This document shows, one piece after another, positions 1 through 8,872 of a DNA stretch of 64,000 nt (positions within the stretch are counted from its first letter, which is position 1; each line of letters opens with the position of its first letter). The position numbers were made by a program, and so were the translations under genes. Under the pieces are notes generated by a model, which was not told the origin of the DNA, searched no databases, and saw nothing but the letters and a program-made list of their open reading frames with translations. The DNA is from a virus: positions 1 to 64,000 of IMG/VR virus record IMGVR_UViG_3300012228_000001; one strand, 5' to 3'.

Positions 1-278
1 CCCCACGGCTTGAAGCGTAGCGTTTCAATTTGCCCTGGTTCCGTTCGCCGTGCCTAATCGTCCATCGGGTTGGTGTCCGTGTCGCCGAGAATCCAATCGA
101 TTCCGGCTCGCAAGCCTTGCTCGTAAGTCATGCCGGGCCATTGACTGCCGTGCTCTTCGCCCTCGGCAGCTCGACGGCCAAGCACGCCATCGCCAAGATC
201 ACCGCTTGCCAATCGGCGCTATCCAGTTCGAACCGCATGCGCTTGCCGAATAGCGACTCGACTTCTTGAACTCTAGTT

Positions 279-545
279 TCATTCATCCCGTAGTAACAAA
301 CCTTGCGATCTAAGCCACTCCTTGTAAAAAAGATCATCCTCAAAACAACTGCTCGACTCTGGTGTGAATGCGTAAAATCGCCGCCCATTCCACAAACGAT
401 CCGATTCCTGTCGCCATCCGGTTGAGCGTTTTTCTTTGTCGCCGTAGCACAATTCCGAGTAGGGCATATAGCAATAATTAAACGGCCCGTCGTCGTAATA
501 ATCGGCATCGAACGCGCCGCCGTTTTTGTTGTATGCGCGTCTCAT
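279..545 (-). CDS. hypothetical protein
   Basis: ORF in the tightly packed minus-strand series; no recognisable motif. Confidence 0.5.
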   Translation of the reverse strand: MRRAYNKNGGAFDADYYDDGPFNYCYMPYSELCYGDKEKRSTGWRQESDRLWNGRRFYAFTPESSSCFEDDLFYKEWLRSQGLLLRDE

Positions 546-556
546 TTACCGCTCAG

Positions 557-826
557 TCAAATCGAAGTCGTGTGCCGCTTTTGTGGCACCAGTGGTCCCA
601 TCGCTTTTAGCCACGCCTGCACTTCTGGTGACGCAATTTGAATCCTCGTTACGGTCAAATCGAAGTCATGCCCTTCTGCTGAAAGATATTCATCGATATG
701 CACGATGATGGAACCAAGCCGGGCGAGTAGCGCCGCACTCGGCTTGAGCGGGTCTTCAGGTTTGACTATGGCCCTTAGTTTTTTACCGTCGCCTTTGTAG
801 CTTAACTTCACGTTTTTTTTTGTCAT
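557..826 (-). CDS. hypothetical phage protein
   Basis: 4-bp overlap with upstream gene stop; SD-like GGAAGG. Confidence 0.65.
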   Translation of the reverse strand: MTKKNVKLSYKGDGKKLRAIVKPEDPLKPSAALLARLGSIIVHIDEYLSAEGHDFDLTVTRIQIASPEVQAWLKAMGPLVPQKRHTTSI

Positions 827-1710
827 AACACCTTCCCTAAATATTCTCGCCCGTTTATTTCATGCCCGGCACTGTCCGGGCGCGGTCCACCCCACTGCTT
901 GAAGATAAACTGCGTGTGAGCAATCTGGCACTGATAGCGAATAGACTGCACCCATTCGAGCGCCAGCGCTTTTGGTTCCCAATGCTTTGTGACCATGTTT
1001 GGAAACACCAACGCACGGTGCTCTGGCCCGCCACTCTCGCCGCCAACGATCACCGTCGAGATTTTTCGCGACATGGGATATTCGAGATTCAAGCTGTTAA
1101 TCACACGACCGCGCAGCGCGTCGACTTCGATGGGACAGCTCACCGGCGCAACCGGCTTGCCCTTTACTCGATACGCAGGCGGCTGGACGAACATTTTGAC
1201 ATGATTCAAATCGAGCGGGCCGAGTAGCGGCTCGGCGCTGATAAAATATCCCACCGCTGGACATGCGAACATAGCTGGCAATCGCGCTTCGAGTTGAAAC
1301 TGATTCTCTGCCGACGCGCCGAAGCGAACATGCGGCCACGGCTCTTCGTTGTCGCGAAACCAGGGAATTAAATTTTTATTATCCCGCACACGCTGCCAAC
1401 GTTTACTCAGGATTAGCCAGCGATGCTGGCGCATATTTTTTATCACCCCCCATGCGTCGTCGCGCCACTGATCGGCCTCTTCGATGAAAAAATCCGACAG
1501 CGAGCAAGTAAATATCACTCGCGGGTCTTTCCAGTGAAGCGGCAGATAGAACGTTCCGTCTTTCGCTCGCACGACCTTATCAAAATCCCGACCGGCCCGA
1601 CTCGCCCAACGCTCGGCGTAACAGTTCGCGCAAGCCGGACTGATCTTTTTGCAGCCAAGCCAAAAATTGACCGTGGCGTCGGTCCAACGGATTTTCGATT
1701 CGTAAGCCAT
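823..1710 (-). CDS. DUF5131 (phage Gp37/Gp68) family protein
   Basis: SKIRWTDATVNFWLGCKKISPACANCYAE, SLSDFF, SAEPLLGPL, VIVGGESG, FIFKQWGG motifs. Confidence 0.9.
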   Translation of the reverse strand: MAYESKIRWTDATVNFWLGCKKISPACANCYAERWASRAGRDFDKVVRAKDGTFYLPLHWKDPRVIFTCSLSDFFIEEADQWRDDAWGVIKNMRQHRWLILSKRWQRVRDNKNLIPWFRDNEEPWPHVRFGASAENQFQLEARLPAMFACPAVGYFISAEPLLGPLDLNHVKMFVQPPAYRVKGKPVAPVSCPIEVDALRGRVINSLNLEYPMSRKISTVIVGGESGGPEHRALVFPNMVTKHWEPKALALEWVQSIRYQCQIAHTQFIFKQWGGPRPDSAGHEINGREYLGKVL

Positions 1711-1712
1711 GA

Positions 1713-2543
1713 TTATTTTATCGCCTTGAGTTTATTAGCCTGCTCTTTCAAGGATCGTCGACGTTCGTTCTCTTGATGCAATTCGTCATCGGTTTTCTCA
1801 AGCGTCGGTGTGACTTCGTTTTCAACCTTCATCGCACTTGGCGCACTTTTAACGAGCATTTCCCGATTAGCGATCAACTCGGCAAGCATCGCTTGCACTC
1901 GCTCGCGCTCGTCAACCGTTGGCGGCGCTTCGCTAGGCATAGGTTTGTTGAGCGGCGCGATGCGCAACGCCGGATCGGACACGCGCCGGTCGGGACCGTC
2001 GAGTTTGATTATCTCACCCATTTCGAGCAAGCGTGACGCAAGCCGGTCGTCGATGTTAGCAGCGACTTGATCCAACGATAAATTACTTGTGACGATCACC
2101 GGCTTCATGTTTCGATAACGCCGGTCAATCACTAGAAAAAATTGCTGCCGTGACCACTCTGAAACTTTCTCCACTCCAACGTCGTCAAGCGACAACAGCG
2201 GTGCCGACGTATATCGAGCAATTATATCGCGCTCGTTAAGCGTCTGTGAATCGAAGCTGGATTTTAACTCCGCAAAGAATTCGACAGACGGCACGAACAG
2301 CGGTGTTTGCGGTTCATTCAATTTGGCCCATAGCTTCAACAGCCCGACCGCCATGTGCGTCTTGCCGGTGCCGCATTCACCCGTGATAAAAACACTCAAA
2401 CCGTTGCTGATCGCCGTCGCGGCTTTCTCGACTTGCTTTTCATAGCCTCGCAGGTCGCTCAATTCTTTCAGCAAAAAACGTTTCGGGATGCCGATCTTAT
2501 CCCAAGTGTGAATACTTTCCTGGCGCTGGTTTGATTCCGCCAC
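1713..2543 (-). CDS. DnaC/IstB-like ATPase (helicase loader)
   Basis: Walker A GECGTGKT, Walker B LSLDDVG, IDRRY..PVIVTSN, RLASRL; directly downstream of initiator. Confidence 0.9.
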   Translation of the reverse strand: MAESNQRQESIHTWDKIGIPKRFLLKELSDLRGYEKQVEKAATAISNGLSVFITGECGTGKTHMAVGLLKLWAKLNEPQTPLFVPSVEFFAELKSSFDSQTLNERDIIARYTSAPLLSLDDVGVEKVSEWSRQQFFLVIDRRYRNMKPVIVTSNLSLDQVAANIDDRLASRLLEMGEIIKLDGPDRRVSDPALRIAPLNKPMPSEAPPTVDERERVQAMLAELIANREMLVKSAPSAMKVENEVTPTLEKTDDELHQENERRRSLKEQANKLKAIK

Positions 2544-3210
2544 TATCCCCCCCTGTCTTGTTTTTGTTGTTAGTCGGGTACACGTCGGTCCAGTTTGATC
2601 GAGTGCTTTTTTCCAGAACTTCGTTAGGCTCTTCTCCCAATGCCTTTAGCCTCGTCAACTCTTTCACGATCAAAGCTAACGCATGATCGCCGTTTTTAAC
2701 TCGCTTACTTGACCGCATTTTCAAATAATCGTTCCACGTTTCAGGATTGATCCAATTCGGAATTTCAAACGTCGCATGTTCCGACATGCGGCTCTTATTC
2801 TTATTCTTCTCTTCTTCTTTAGTTTGTTTAGTTATGGTTAGGTTAGGTTGGTTAGGAGGGGAGCCTAAAAGTTCCGGTTTAGGCTCCCTAGTTCTGTGAT
2901 AATTCCAATAATTAGCTATAAATAGCCCACCCTCTACGGGTGCCAACCACCCTTGAAGCAGCATCCAAGCGAGGGCGCTACGGGCTTGCTTCAACGCTCC
3001 ATCAAGCCTCATAGACAGGCTTACGCGGATCATATAACCGGCGATCTGCTCGTGATCGCCTTTGATAATTCCGTTGTTTCTGTCGCCAATTGACAGCAAT
3101 TCTAACCATGCAAATCCCATCCAATCACCAAACTTTTTTCGCAAATCTCGCATTTCGGGATCGTGATTTAGATCATGGCTCACGGGATGAAATCTCCTAA
3201 TTTTCGGCAT
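2497..3210 (-). CDS. phage replication initiator / replisome organiser
   Basis: N-terminal wHTH-like part, low-complexity linker with DNA repeats, C-terminal PNWINPETWNDYLKMR...W domain; paired with DnaC-like gene. Confidence 0.75.
   Translation of the reverse strand: MPKIRRFHPVSHDLNHDPEMRDLRKKFGDWMGFAWLELLSIGDRNNGIIKGDHEQIAGYMIRVSLSMRLDGALKQARSALAWMLLQGWLAPVEGGLFIANYWNYHRTREPKPELLGSPPNQPNLTITKQTKEEEKNKNKSRMSEHATFEIPNWINPETWNDYLKMRSSKRVKNGDHALALIVKELTRLKALGEEPNEVLEKSTRSNWTDVYPTNNKNKTGGDSGGIKPAPGKYSHLG
2795..2860. repeat. GGTTA / TTCTT short tandem repeats inside initiator gene (putative origin)
   Basis: ttattcttattcttctcttcttct followed by ggttaggttaggttggttagg. Confidence 0.45.
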
Positions 3211-3354
3211 CCAAACAAATCCTCAACAAGCCCCACCGCGCAGGGGTGGACTCCCTGGATTGTTGCCAATCAGACGCCGACTTTGCGCCGGGATCGCCCC
3301 GCAGTGAGGCTTGTTCAAAATTCTTTGGATTGAATGAAACAGTCCACGTCTCAT
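3209..3354 (-). ncRNA. C4/CI-like structured antisense RNA in initiator leader
   Basis: ~31-bp imperfect stem (3300-3330 with 3209-3240) closing short hairpins; internal AGTCCAC and CGTCT complementary to GTGGACT and AGACG at the 5' end. Confidence 0.6.
3223..3354 (-). CDS. leaderless 43-aa uORF (MRRGLFHSIQRILNK...) ending 12 nt before initiator ATG
   Basis: ATG is the 7th base after the -10 hexamer; open to TGA at 3223-3225. Confidence 0.5.
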   Translation of the reverse strand: MRRGLFHSIQRILNKPHCGAIPAQSRRLIGNNPGSPPLRGGAC

Positions 3355-3360
3355 GCTCTA

Positions 3361-3389
3361 GGATTACGCTCAAAATAACCCACTGTCAA
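3361..3389 (-). promoter_or_regulatory. sigma70-type promoter TTGACA-N17-TAATCC
   Basis: perfect -35 at 3384-3389, 17-nt spacer. Confidence 0.75.
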
Positions 3390-3441
3390 AGATTATTTTT
3401 CAGGCACAACTTATAGTGGCGGCGACACTTACGAAGCACAA

Positions 3442-3672
3442 TTAGTTGCTCTTATCTCGCAGCACCGTCCGGCAAAATGGACAGACAATTTCATTCACAA
3501 TTACGATTTGAATACTGACTGTTATCGCGCAGTGACAGCGCACGCATGACAGCATGAGTTGCCCGCGAGGCTGGCCGTAGTCCAAATTTGCTACCCCGTA
3601 AACTTTATGATCGTGGTAGCTTTCGTTCGACGGCCAATGCTCACGGGCAACTTGAGAGAGTCTTTTTAGCAT
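3442..3672 (-). CDS. small Zn-finger-like protein
   Basis: CxxC...CPFC. Confidence 0.5.
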   Translation of the reverse strand: MLKRLSQVAREHWPSNESYHDHKVYGVANLDYGQPRGQLMLSCVRCHCAITVSIQIVIVNEIVCPFCRTVLRDKSN

Positions 3673-3678
3673 GAACTA

Positions 3679-4077
3679 TTACGCGGCGTTTTCGCCGTCG
3701 CCGCCGCTGCGCCTTCGGCTTCGTCTGGTCGCCGCCGTTGGGAACAACTGGATTTGCCGCTCCGCGCTTGTCATCGCCCGCTCGCTGATTTTCTCGTTGG
3801 TATCCAAGCGCCAAACTTCAACCATGAATGTGTCTTCGTTGCGCCGCTCTTCGATCTCCACGTCGCGGTATTCCTGTCGGCTCGAAATAGCCTGCGATAG
3901 ATCGGCGATCTTGATTTTCGATTCTTTGATCTGCTTGTTGTAATTGGACGACTCGGCGCTCTTCTTGGTCTCCAATTGCACGCGGTCGATCTCGGCTTTC
4001 GCCAAGTCGTCGGAGCGTGAGCGCAGTTCTTCATCGCTCAAGCGCACTGGTAAATTTCTTGTCATTTTGTCCGGCAT
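3679..4077 (-). CDS. conserved phage hypothetical protein (coiled coil)
   Basis: SD AGGGGG; coiled-coil; RLDT.E...R.MT..ERQ..LF pattern typical of phage hypotheticals. Confidence 0.75.
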   Translation of the reverse strand: MPDKMTRNLPVRLSDEELRSRSDDLAKAEIDRVQLETKKSAESSNYNKQIKESKIKIADLSQAISSRQEYRDVEIEERRNEDTFMVEVWRLDTNEKISERAMTSAERQIQLFPTAATRRSRRRSGGDGENAA

Positions 4078-4078
4078 A

Positions 4079-4318
4079 TTATCCCCCTTTTGTTTTTTGC
4101 TGCCACGATTTTATGAACGCCTCGACAGATTCCTTCGGTATAAGCTTTAGTTCAATAGGAATACGGCTCACGATTACGACAACGCCAGTGTGATCGAATA
4201 TGCGACGTAGGGTGTCAACCGCGTCGTGTTCGGCGCTTTGAGGATAATCGTCCGGCAGTTTGATCGCCAACACGTCACCGTTTTGCGGGTGAAGTTTTTG
4301 GATTGTCTCTATGTCCAT
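4079..4318 (-). CDS. hypothetical protein
   Basis: SD GAGGA, operon packing. Confidence 0.6.
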   Translation of the reverse strand: MDIETIQKLHPQNGDVLAIKLPDDYPQSAEHDAVDTLRRIFDHTGVVVIVSRIPIELKLIPKESVEAFIKSWQQKTKGG

Positions 4319-4646
4319 TTTTAATCCTCGCTTTGATGATCGGTATTTCTGGAAAGTGCGTTCGATACATAACGCACGGCGGCGAAATGATCGGCGCTGA
4401 CTTTGGGATTCTTATCCGCTCCACTTGATACTTCCAGACTGGCGTTTTCGCCCGCCGCTCGCCGCGTGAATCTTTTTTACTGATCCGGTTCCACGCAATG
4501 TGATAATGCTCAATGTATGCGTGCCCGCCCAATTCTGGATCGCTGTGCGACGGCAAATATACAGGCACCCATTTCAGACGCATAAACAACCGCAGAAGGC
4601 AGCGGTATTCGTCTTTGATTTCGACTAAGCCGATTCGAACTTTCAT
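4275..4646 (-). CDS. hypothetical protein
   Basis: ATGA-type overlap with upstream gene. Confidence 0.55.
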   Translation of the reverse strand: MKVRIGLVEIKDEYRCLLRLFMRLKWVPVYLPSHSDPELGGHAYIEHYHIAWNRISKKDSRGERRAKTPVWKYQVERIRIPKSAPIISPPCVMYRTHFPEIPIIKARIKNGHRDNPKTSPAKR

Positions 4647-4873
4647 TGTTGACCCAACTGGCCGTAGGCGTGCTTAACTTCCTGTCTAAGCGCTTCCACT
4701 TCACCCGCAAGCGTCGCCTCTTCGTGGACCTGCATATCGCTCAAGAGTCTTTTCCCTGGCGGTGCCCCCCTGTTGCCAAACTGTTGGAGATATTTAAGCT
4801 TTGCTTCTTTTTTGGCGAGCGCCATTTTCAGCTTGTTCAAACGTCGCCGATGCCACCAAACGAAAATCTTCAT
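4643..4873 (-). CDS. hypothetical protein
   Basis: ATGA overlaps on both sides. Confidence 0.6.
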   Translation of the reverse strand: MKIFVWWHRRRLNKLKMALAKKEAKLKYLQQFGNRGAPPGKRLLSDMQVHEEATLAGEVEALRQEVKHAYGQLGQQ

Positions 4874-6549
4874 TGGAATAAAATTTCCGTAGCACTCACC
4901 AGCCCCGGCGCGTAGTCGTCGATTAGTCTACGCGCTTTTAACCGGGACAAGTAAGCGTCCCGCGTCGAGCGCTTGAAGCCGGTCTTGTCGGATATTACTT
5001 CGCGCTCCACTGATTTTGGATAAGCAGCAATAACGCAGTGTAAAACTCGCGACTCGCCTTCGGGTAATTCATTCAGCCAATAATCGCGCAACGCCGCGCC
5101 GGTCGGCAGCGGTTCCATATTAGGGAAGTCGAGCGCCGCTTGGCGCGTCGGTTCGATCATGCCGTCCGGGCGTTGCCATAAATACCGTTTCGCAATCAGC
5201 CGGGAGATATAGGCGTCGCGTGTCGAGCGCTTCTTGCCGGTCAATACCGTTAGCTGATCGCGCCCTACGGCGCCGTGCTGGACTGCGGCCACCAAGATTT
5301 GATACTCGCCCTTCGGTAGTGTCCCGTTGCCCGATGGGACGTTTCGGGACGTTTCGGGACGTTTCGGGATTAATTCAGCATCAACCGCTTTGCCGGGCAT
5401 AGGGTCGCTCGCCCTGGCTATCCTGGCGCGGCATGAAGCAAACCGTTCATTGGCGGCAACTATCCCATCAAGGAAATCGGCGACGCCATCCTGATAGTCG
5501 TCGAATCTCTTACGCAAGCCTTTTAGTTCGTGCTGTAGCTGCGCGTTCTGCGTCTTCCATTCGTTGAGCGTTTCCTGTGCCTTATCGGAGACCGGGCGAT
5601 GGCGTAGCTGACCCTCAAGATCGGCAATCTTCTTGCGCAACTCTTTTGGGTCGTCGGCCTTGGCCTTCTCGATGGTGTCTTTCATCGAAGCTTCGAGCGC
5701 TTGGAGATCGACCGGCGCAAGCTTCTTAGGTTCGTACTGCGCCGCGCCGACCTTGGGAGTCGCCGACGCATCGAATGATTCTTTCTCGATAAACTTGGTC
5801 TTGACGAATTTATCGAGCCACGCGGGCGACCAAAAGAAACACTCGCCGGGTTGCAGCTTGGCGAGCGATTCAAGATCGTGATCGACGCCCATGTGCTCCA
5901 TCCAATCGCCAATGGCGTCGCGCTCATGCTTGGCGACAAGCTGGAACACGACCAACGGCTCGCACTGATTTCGCAGTTCGGTATTGACCGACTGCGGGCG
6001 CTGTGAGATCAAGCTTGATCCTATGCCGTAGTTTCGGCCAAGCCTGACAATATCTTCGAGCGCTCCAAGCATTCTTTCTTCGCCCTTGAAGGCGCGTTGC
6101 GGCGCAAAGAGCTGTGCTTCTTCCAAGACAAAGTGCATCGGCGAACGGTTCGACTTCTTCCTGTGAAATAGCTCTTCAGCGAACGCCGTGACGAATTCCT
6201 TGCGCTCATGCTTTCGGAAACGTGATACATCGATGATCGCCGACGATCCGGTAGTGACAATGAAGTTTGCGACGATTGCACCGGCCTGCGGTTGTAGGGG
6301 AACATCGCCGTGCTCGCCGCCGAGTATCGGGATGGTGAAGCGACTCGCGTGCTTGCCGGTTTTGTCCAAGCGAAGCCCGTACCAATTTCCCACGGCGTCC
6401 AACACGACGACTTGGATATTCGCCGACAGCATCAACTCAACCGACTTGCCAGCGGCATAGGTTTTACCACTGCCCTTGCGGCCAAAGTAGCCGGGGGTCT
6501 GCGTTACAAAGTCTGTCGGGACGGATAAATTGCTCGCTATTTTTAACAT
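4870..6549 (-). CDS. HerA/FtsK-like (DUF87) ATPase with coiled coil and two C-terminal wHTH-like repeats
   Basis: GRKGSGKT, VVVLD, FVLEEAQLFAP, RLGRNYGIG..ISQRPQ; repeated (TG)KKRSTRDAYISRL / FKRSTRDAYLSRL; start taken at ATG 6549. Confidence 0.85.
   Translation of the reverse strand: MLKIASNLSVPTDFVTQTPGYFGRKGSGKTYAAGKSVELMLSANIQVVVLDAVGNWYGLRLDKTGKHASRFTIPILGGEHGDVPLQPQAGAIVANFIVTTGSSAIIDVSRFRKHERKEFVTAFAEELFHRKKSNRSPMHFVLEEAQLFAPQRAFKGEERMLGALEDIVRLGRNYGIGSSLISQRPQSVNTELRNQCEPLVVFQLVAKHERDAIGDWMEHMGVDHDLESLAKLQPGECFFWSPAWLDKFVKTKFIEKESFDASATPKVGAAQYEPKKLAPVDLQALEASMKDTIEKAKADDPKELRKKIADLEGQLRHRPVSDKAQETLNEWKTQNAQLQHELKGLRKRFDDYQDGVADFLDGIVAANERFASCRARIARASDPMPGKAVDAELIPKRPETSRNVPSGNGTLPKGEYQILVAAVQHGAVGRDQLTVLTGKKRSTRDAYISRLIAKRYLWQRPDGMIEPTRQAALDFPNMEPLPTGAALRDYWLNELPEGESRVLHCVIAAYPKSVEREVISDKTGFKRSTRDAYLSRLKARRLIDDYAPGLVSATEILFQ
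5336..5369. repeat. 10-bp tandem repeat GGGACGTTTC x3.4
   Basis: seen directly. Confidence 0.9.
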
Positions 6550-7049
6550 CGTGTTCGTGTAATTCCCTGGCGGAATCGCCAGATCGTTGATTGAGACACT
6601 CCATAAATGGACGCCAATTTTCGCTGCGGCGTAAGTGTATCCATCCGAATTATCGCCACCTGCGCATCCGTCAGAGTAGCCTTTGGATGATTTTCGCCGC
6701 GTATCACTGGCGGCGTCGATCCTCGCCCTTTCTTGAGCATATCGGCAATGTTTTCCAAGTGGGTGCCTAGAAATAAATGGCGCGGTCGCCAGCAATTGCG
6801 AACGTCGCACTTGTGGAGAACATACTTGCCCTTCGGAATTGGGCCGCGATGGATGGCATAGCTAAGTTGATGAATTCCTGTTGACTTATTGTGAACCGAA
6901 ATTACCCCGTAACCTTGGATGCAGTAACCAGTCCAAAGCCAGCACCGCGTCATTTTTTGACTGCCACTTTCAATCCTCGCCAATAGTTTAGCCGCGTAGC
7001 GCCTATCAAGCGGTTGCGACAGGTCGATGCCTTTGCCGTTGCTACTCAT
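6543..7049 (-). CDS. HNH homing endonuclease
   Basis: CWLWTG...GYG, VLHKCDVRNCWRPRHLFLGTHLENIADM, C-terminal HTH. Confidence 0.9.
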   Translation of the reverse strand: MSSNGKGIDLSQPLDRRYAAKLLARIESGSQKMTRCWLWTGYCIQGYGVISVHNKSTGIHQLSYAIHRGPIPKGKYVLHKCDVRNCWRPRHLFLGTHLENIADMLKKGRGSTPPVIRGENHPKATLTDAQVAIIRMDTLTPQRKLASIYGVSQSTIWRFRQGITRTRC

Positions 7050-7270
7050 AATCGTCCTAGCTCAATCCTTTGGCCGCAGGTGCAAGGGTCGCACTTCGGA
7101 CACACGTCACGGCCATGCTCGCACTCAATGCCGACCGCGCACGTCGCCGAGACTCGATATTTGCAGCCCTCTTCGTGGTTCGCGATGATATCGCACACGC
7201 AAGCGAGAAAGCCGCACACGTTGCAGCCGATCCGTGCGCTCATTCTAGGTAGCCTCATATAACTCGACAA
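7046..7270 (-). CDS. Cys-rich hypothetical protein
   Basis: multiple CxxC / CxC, CEHG.D.CP.CDPC.C. Confidence 0.65.
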   Translation of the reverse strand: MSSYMRLPRMSARIGCNVCGFLACVCDIIANHEEGCKYRVSATCAVGIECEHGRDVCPKCDPCTCGQRIELGRL

Positions 7271-7631
7271 CGAATCGTTTCAGATTGAAATCGTACTCGC
7301 CCTTGACCGCCATCCCGTGCTTAAAGCGCGGGTCGGTGAGCACATGGGCAAACCTTCTATCGATTTGCCTCTCAATAGTTTCCGGTTCAATCGTCGGATC
7401 GGCATAACCGGCCTTGGCAAGTAGATCAGTCATCGTCACGCCAAGCGCCCGCGCCAGCGCGGCTAGGGCCGCTGGCTTCGGTAAGTAAGTTTTCACACCC
7501 GTTTCTAATTGCGAAATGAACGTATTGTTCAAGCCGGTTATCGCTTCCAATTCGCGCAAAGAAAGCATGCGCCGCCGCCGTTTTTCGGCGATATAATTTC
7601 CAAGTTCTTTCATACCTTTATGCTTCTCCAT
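7245..7631 (-). CDS. XRE-family HTH regulator
   Basis: LSLRELEAITGLNNTFISQLETG...LARALGV. Confidence 0.85.
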   Translation of the reverse strand: MEKHKGMKELGNYIAEKRRRRMLSLRELEAITGLNNTFISQLETGVKTYLPKPAALAALARALGVTMTDLLAKAGYADPTIEPETIERQIDRRFAHVLTDPRFKHGMAVKGEYDFNLKRFVVELYEAT

Positions 7632-7714
7632 TCCTAGAATTCCCGCTTTCGTGGATTATGAATACTCCCTATGGTTTATGAAGTCTTGAAGGTTGGGTTT
7701 TCGTGGGATTCCGC

Positions 7715-8107
7715 CTACTCATAAATCATGCGAATCTTCTCCGCATCCCCACCATCCTGCTCGACAGTCAGGGCAATTTCTTCCCCCAACCCCCACAGTG
7801 CCCACCGAATGCACTCAACAAGTCTCGGTTGCTCTTTATATTCGCCAATATGTTGAAACGCCCTGTCGACCGTTCTTTGCGCCGTGCCGGTCAAGCCGGA
7901 CGCATACACTTCTTGCGGAATAAGTTCTAAACCTTTATCGAATACCGGCAATTGATGCTGCGCAAACGCGACTTCGGAACAATCCCCAAATCCGCCTCGA
8001 ACATATCCCGGCCCGATCACTGTTCCGACAGAGCCGATAACAAGCGAGTGATGGTATCTAGTCAGGTCCACCGTGAGGCGGACGCGATTTCCGATTGTAA
8101 AAGTCAT
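7715..8107 (-). CDS. hypothetical protein
   Basis: SD GGAGG, ATGA overlap. Confidence 0.6.
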   Translation of the reverse strand: MTFTIGNRVRLTVDLTRYHHSLVIGSVGTVIGPGYVRGGFGDCSEVAFAQHQLPVFDKGLELIPQEVYASGLTGTAQRTVDRAFQHIGEYKEQPRLVECIRWALWGLGEEIALTVEQDGGDAEKIRMIYE

Positions 8108-8400
8108 TCGATCAACCTCCCATCCATGTCGAGTTCTTTTAATCCTGTCGCCGTGATCGTAAACACCCGCTGGCCGTCGTATTTATGTTCGCGATTGACG
8201 TACCCGGCCTTCGCCAGCTTGGCGAGATACGATCCCGCCGCCAGCCACATGCCCGTGCCGCGTCGCGAGCCGTTCTTGCCGCACTTGTACGACTTCTGCC
8301 AGCACTCGGATTTCGGCCAATTTAACTCGGCGAATCGCGTCGCACTTAGCTGTCCGTGCTTACGCAGGATTGTCAAAGCTTTGCGGGTCTTGGGTTTCAT
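8104..8400 (-). CDS. putative wHTH protein
   Basis: YLAKLAKAGYV...FTITATG wing motif. Confidence 0.55.
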   Translation of the reverse strand: MKPKTRKALTILRKHGQLSATRFAELNWPKSECWQKSYKCGKNGSRRGTGMWLAAGSYLAKLAKAGYVNREHKYDGQRVFTITATGLKELDMDGRLIE

Positions 8401-8872
8401 GCTTTTTTAATACCCTGAGTCTATCCCATGCGAACAGTGCGCCCGGTTCAACATCGCCAGCGCTATTGCGATCATGTCTTCCAAAATCTTTGATCTCCGT
8501 AAACTGCGCTCTGACACTCACGCGGGCAATAGTTTCGCACGCGAAACGAACCAAAAACAAAACCGGCACCCTAACGATTTGATAAAGCGTTTGCCCCTCC
8601 AAGACTTTGCGCTTACTAACCGCCCATCCCCCCGGAAAGCGAGGATCGCGAAAGTCACAACGATAACAGCCCTTAATTTCACAAAAACCGACGATGCGCC
8701 CGGCGCGAACCATTACGCCGTCGAAACGGGATTTTTGCTTCTTTGGATCGTCATCCCCAATCGGAAAATACTCCGTCCTGTAGTAAGCGCAGGCATGCGC
8801 CGCGACTTCTTGTTCCGCCGCTGCGTCTCTAGCCGACTTGAAAGTGGGTCGCGGTAGGCTATCGTCTGCCAT
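8360..8872 (-). CDS. PD-(D/E)XK nuclease-like protein
   Basis: E...FDGVM...FCEIKG catalytic pattern. Confidence 0.55.
   Translation of the reverse strand: MADDSLPRPTFKSARDAAAEQEVAAHACAYYRTEYFPIGDDDPKKQKSRFDGVMVRAGRIVGFCEIKGCYRCDFRDPRFPGGWAVSKRKVLEGQTLYQIVRVPVLFLVRFACETIARVSVRAQFTEIKDFGRHDRNSAGDVEPGALFAWDRLRVLKKHETQDPQSFDNPA

Noticed and set aside
6550-6810. N-terminal 87 aa of the 646-aa ORF in the track
   Set aside because: Overlaps the HNH gene in another frame; ATPase homology starts at ATG 6549
7632-7714. Operator repeats (TTTCGTGG twice, TTATGAA twice) before the XRE gene
   Set aside because: Too short and irregular to support without relatives
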